Part shown: positions 61,991 to 64,000 of the stretch, in pieces | Numbering within the stretch: the first letter of the stretch is position 1 | Layout of the letters: the number at the start of each line of letters is the position of its first letter | DNA from: Phoronis australis | Taxonomy: Eukaryota; Animalia; Phoronida | Assembly: GCA_002633005.1 (NCBI GenBank) | Contig: NMRA01000700.1 | Coordinates: forward strand, 15,637 to 79,636 | Direction of reading: 5' to 3' | Length of the DNA stretch: 64,000 nucleotides | The notes under the pieces: generated by a model | Told to the model about the DNA's origin: nothing | The model's database searches: none | What the model saw: the letters and a program-made list of their open reading frames with translations, nothing else | Program-made: the position numbers and the translations under genes

Positions 61991-64000
61991 AACATGTAGT
62001 TTGTCATTATTTATGTACAAAGTTTGCGTGGCCGTTGACTGGCTATACTGCATCTACCCTTCCTCTTTACTAGACTTTGATCCATACATTGTTAACAGTG
62101 CTTGCTCACTCGAGTTCATTAGAATAGCTGGTAATGAACATCGAAGCAAGCAATGATTTTATGTGGAATGGGTGCCAAACTTCTTAAAAAAGCACAGTGA
62201 TTTAGAGCAAGGTCTCATTGAAAGTGGATAGCATGGAACAAAAACCACCAACGTCGAAGTCAGAGATGTTAAGTATGAGAATTTAATGTAATGCATCAAT
62301 AGGATTAATTCACCAAACTGCCTTAGATGCGAGTGGCGCCTCATGAGAAACGTCACATACCGTCCATCAGTAATAGAATGTCCAATCTTTGTCCTTATTT
62401 ATATGTACTTCAAACTAACGACCATTGACCAAATAGCAATTTTATTCCACATTTTATCTTAAAAGATAATACAAAGAGAAAGTGCATGTTTTTAGAGTTC
62501 GAAAGGCCGACAGTCAGCTTTTTGGACTATTACCCCTTTGAACTATCGACCGAGATCAGGTTTGAGCAAAATGATCATATCCCTTCAGAGTGCAAAATAT
62601 TTCCTATTTCCCCAGTTAGGCATCCCATTTTTAAGTATACACGTCACGGTTTGACCTCACCTGTTGTTTTGTTAGCATTGGTGTTTCTTTCGTTACTATG
62701 CCGCCACTTTTTAAAGGTTATGGCAGGCCCTTCTCAAAGGCATTTATTGCTCTTGCTTTTGCAAAATCTGTCAACCTGCCGGCAAACAAATGCGTGCTTT
62801 CATTTCCTTTCGCCACAATGTCTTTAAGAATTTGTCATTCGTAACTAAGGTGGAAGACAACACCCACCGGCATCAGAAACTTTGGTTTTGCTCCTTTTGT
62901 GTGAGGCTGGAAAATCACTGCATTAGCAATGACTCCACTGCCGAAATGAGCCAAATTATCGTGGACTAAAACTGGTGTTTTCCTATCAAATTGGCTTCCG
63001 GAATTGAACTCCCCATGAACAATGCTGTTGTTGTCGTTTGTTCCCGAAGACGTATGATCAATATTAGCCAAATAAAATGTCAATGTGGTTCTTACCAATG
63101 GATGTGTGTTTACTGTAATGTCGAATACACAATTGGTTTATGAGGGCCAACTCAATTTTGCAAGAACGCTTTAACGATAAATTTTTTTTTACCCGACCCT
63201 GTAAACTCCTTTCGTGTGGAGTTGAAACTGTGCGCTGCACATTTTTGAATATACCATAAAACTATTCATGTTGAAAAACAATGAATATTACATAAGGACA
63301 CATTTATAAAGTCGACCTGGCACATTTGATAGAATTTCATTCACACAATCCGAGAAAGAAGGCGTTAAACGTGTTAACGATTTTACTCCGTGTGACAAAT
63401 ACCTTACAGACTCATGAAATATGATGTAATAATGGTACATTTCTCGCATGTGCATTCGACGTAAATTGTAACAATTTCATAAAATGTAACAACTTGTTAC
63501 ATTTTAAGAGAGGCCTAAAATCGTAAAATGCTAGAAGAGCTACGGGAAGTCTTGAAATGCGCCCACGAATGCAAAATAAATGGTGTGCTTTAAGGGTTCT
63601 TTATTTGAATCATAAAAATGGCCAATGGATGACGCAAAAACGTACAATCCATCCAAAAATGGGAACATATTTCATAAAATCTGTCAAAGAACTTAAGAGA
63701 AACAAAAGAAAACAGAACAAAATGAAATTACCACTTTTGGGCACAGCGTCCGTTTGATCAATCTGAAAGTCGTCATCCGTTACATTCATATAAATTCGCT
63801 TAGTGAATTTAATAAAGATCCTGCAATTGGTTTTGGAGATACAGCTAATGGCGAAAAACAAAACAAAACTACCACTAAGAGGCGCCACAGTAGTCAGTCG
63901 CCATCATCAAACGTCTTCTTTACACTGAAAACATAAAAGCCAAATTTCAAAACCACCCCTAGAATAATTTGATTGATTGGGGGGTGCACGTCAAAAACAG

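Noticed and set aside
62835-63098. 87-aa minus-strand ORF (and 57301-57510)
   Set aside because: No recognisable domain or consistent exon boundaries.

Overview
AT-rich, intron-containing eukaryotic DNA, most consistent with an invertebrate animal draft assembly (a single-N join at 7698 and an N gap at 56552-56606). No prokaryotic operons, rRNA or CRISPR arrays are evident, and most ORF-track entries look spurious. The only recognisable host genes form a small cluster of putatively secreted proteins built solely from WSC (8-cysteine carbohydrate-binding) domains, one domain per exon with phase-1 junctions. Gene A (+) has a 39-nt signal-peptide microexon at 19353-19391 and WSC exons at 34130-34453, 36864-37148 and 39349-39677. 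Gene B (+) has a paralogous 39-nt microexon at 51836-51874 and WSC exons at 53137-53466 and 53902-54209. An exon-3 paralogue lies on the minus strand at 57652-57977, just past the gap. The rest is a dense mosaic of decayed mobile elements: the 3' end of a Ty3/Gypsy element, a THAP remnant, a 9-kb element with CCC...GGG terminal inverted repeats (TIRs) and palindromic subterminal arrays, several Penelope-like elements (PLEs) carrying minimal hammerhead ribozymes, a Harbinger deletion derivative, AcademX- and Sola3-like transposase relics, LINE 3' fragments and MITEs. All family assignments come from motif recognition by eye; no database searches were run.
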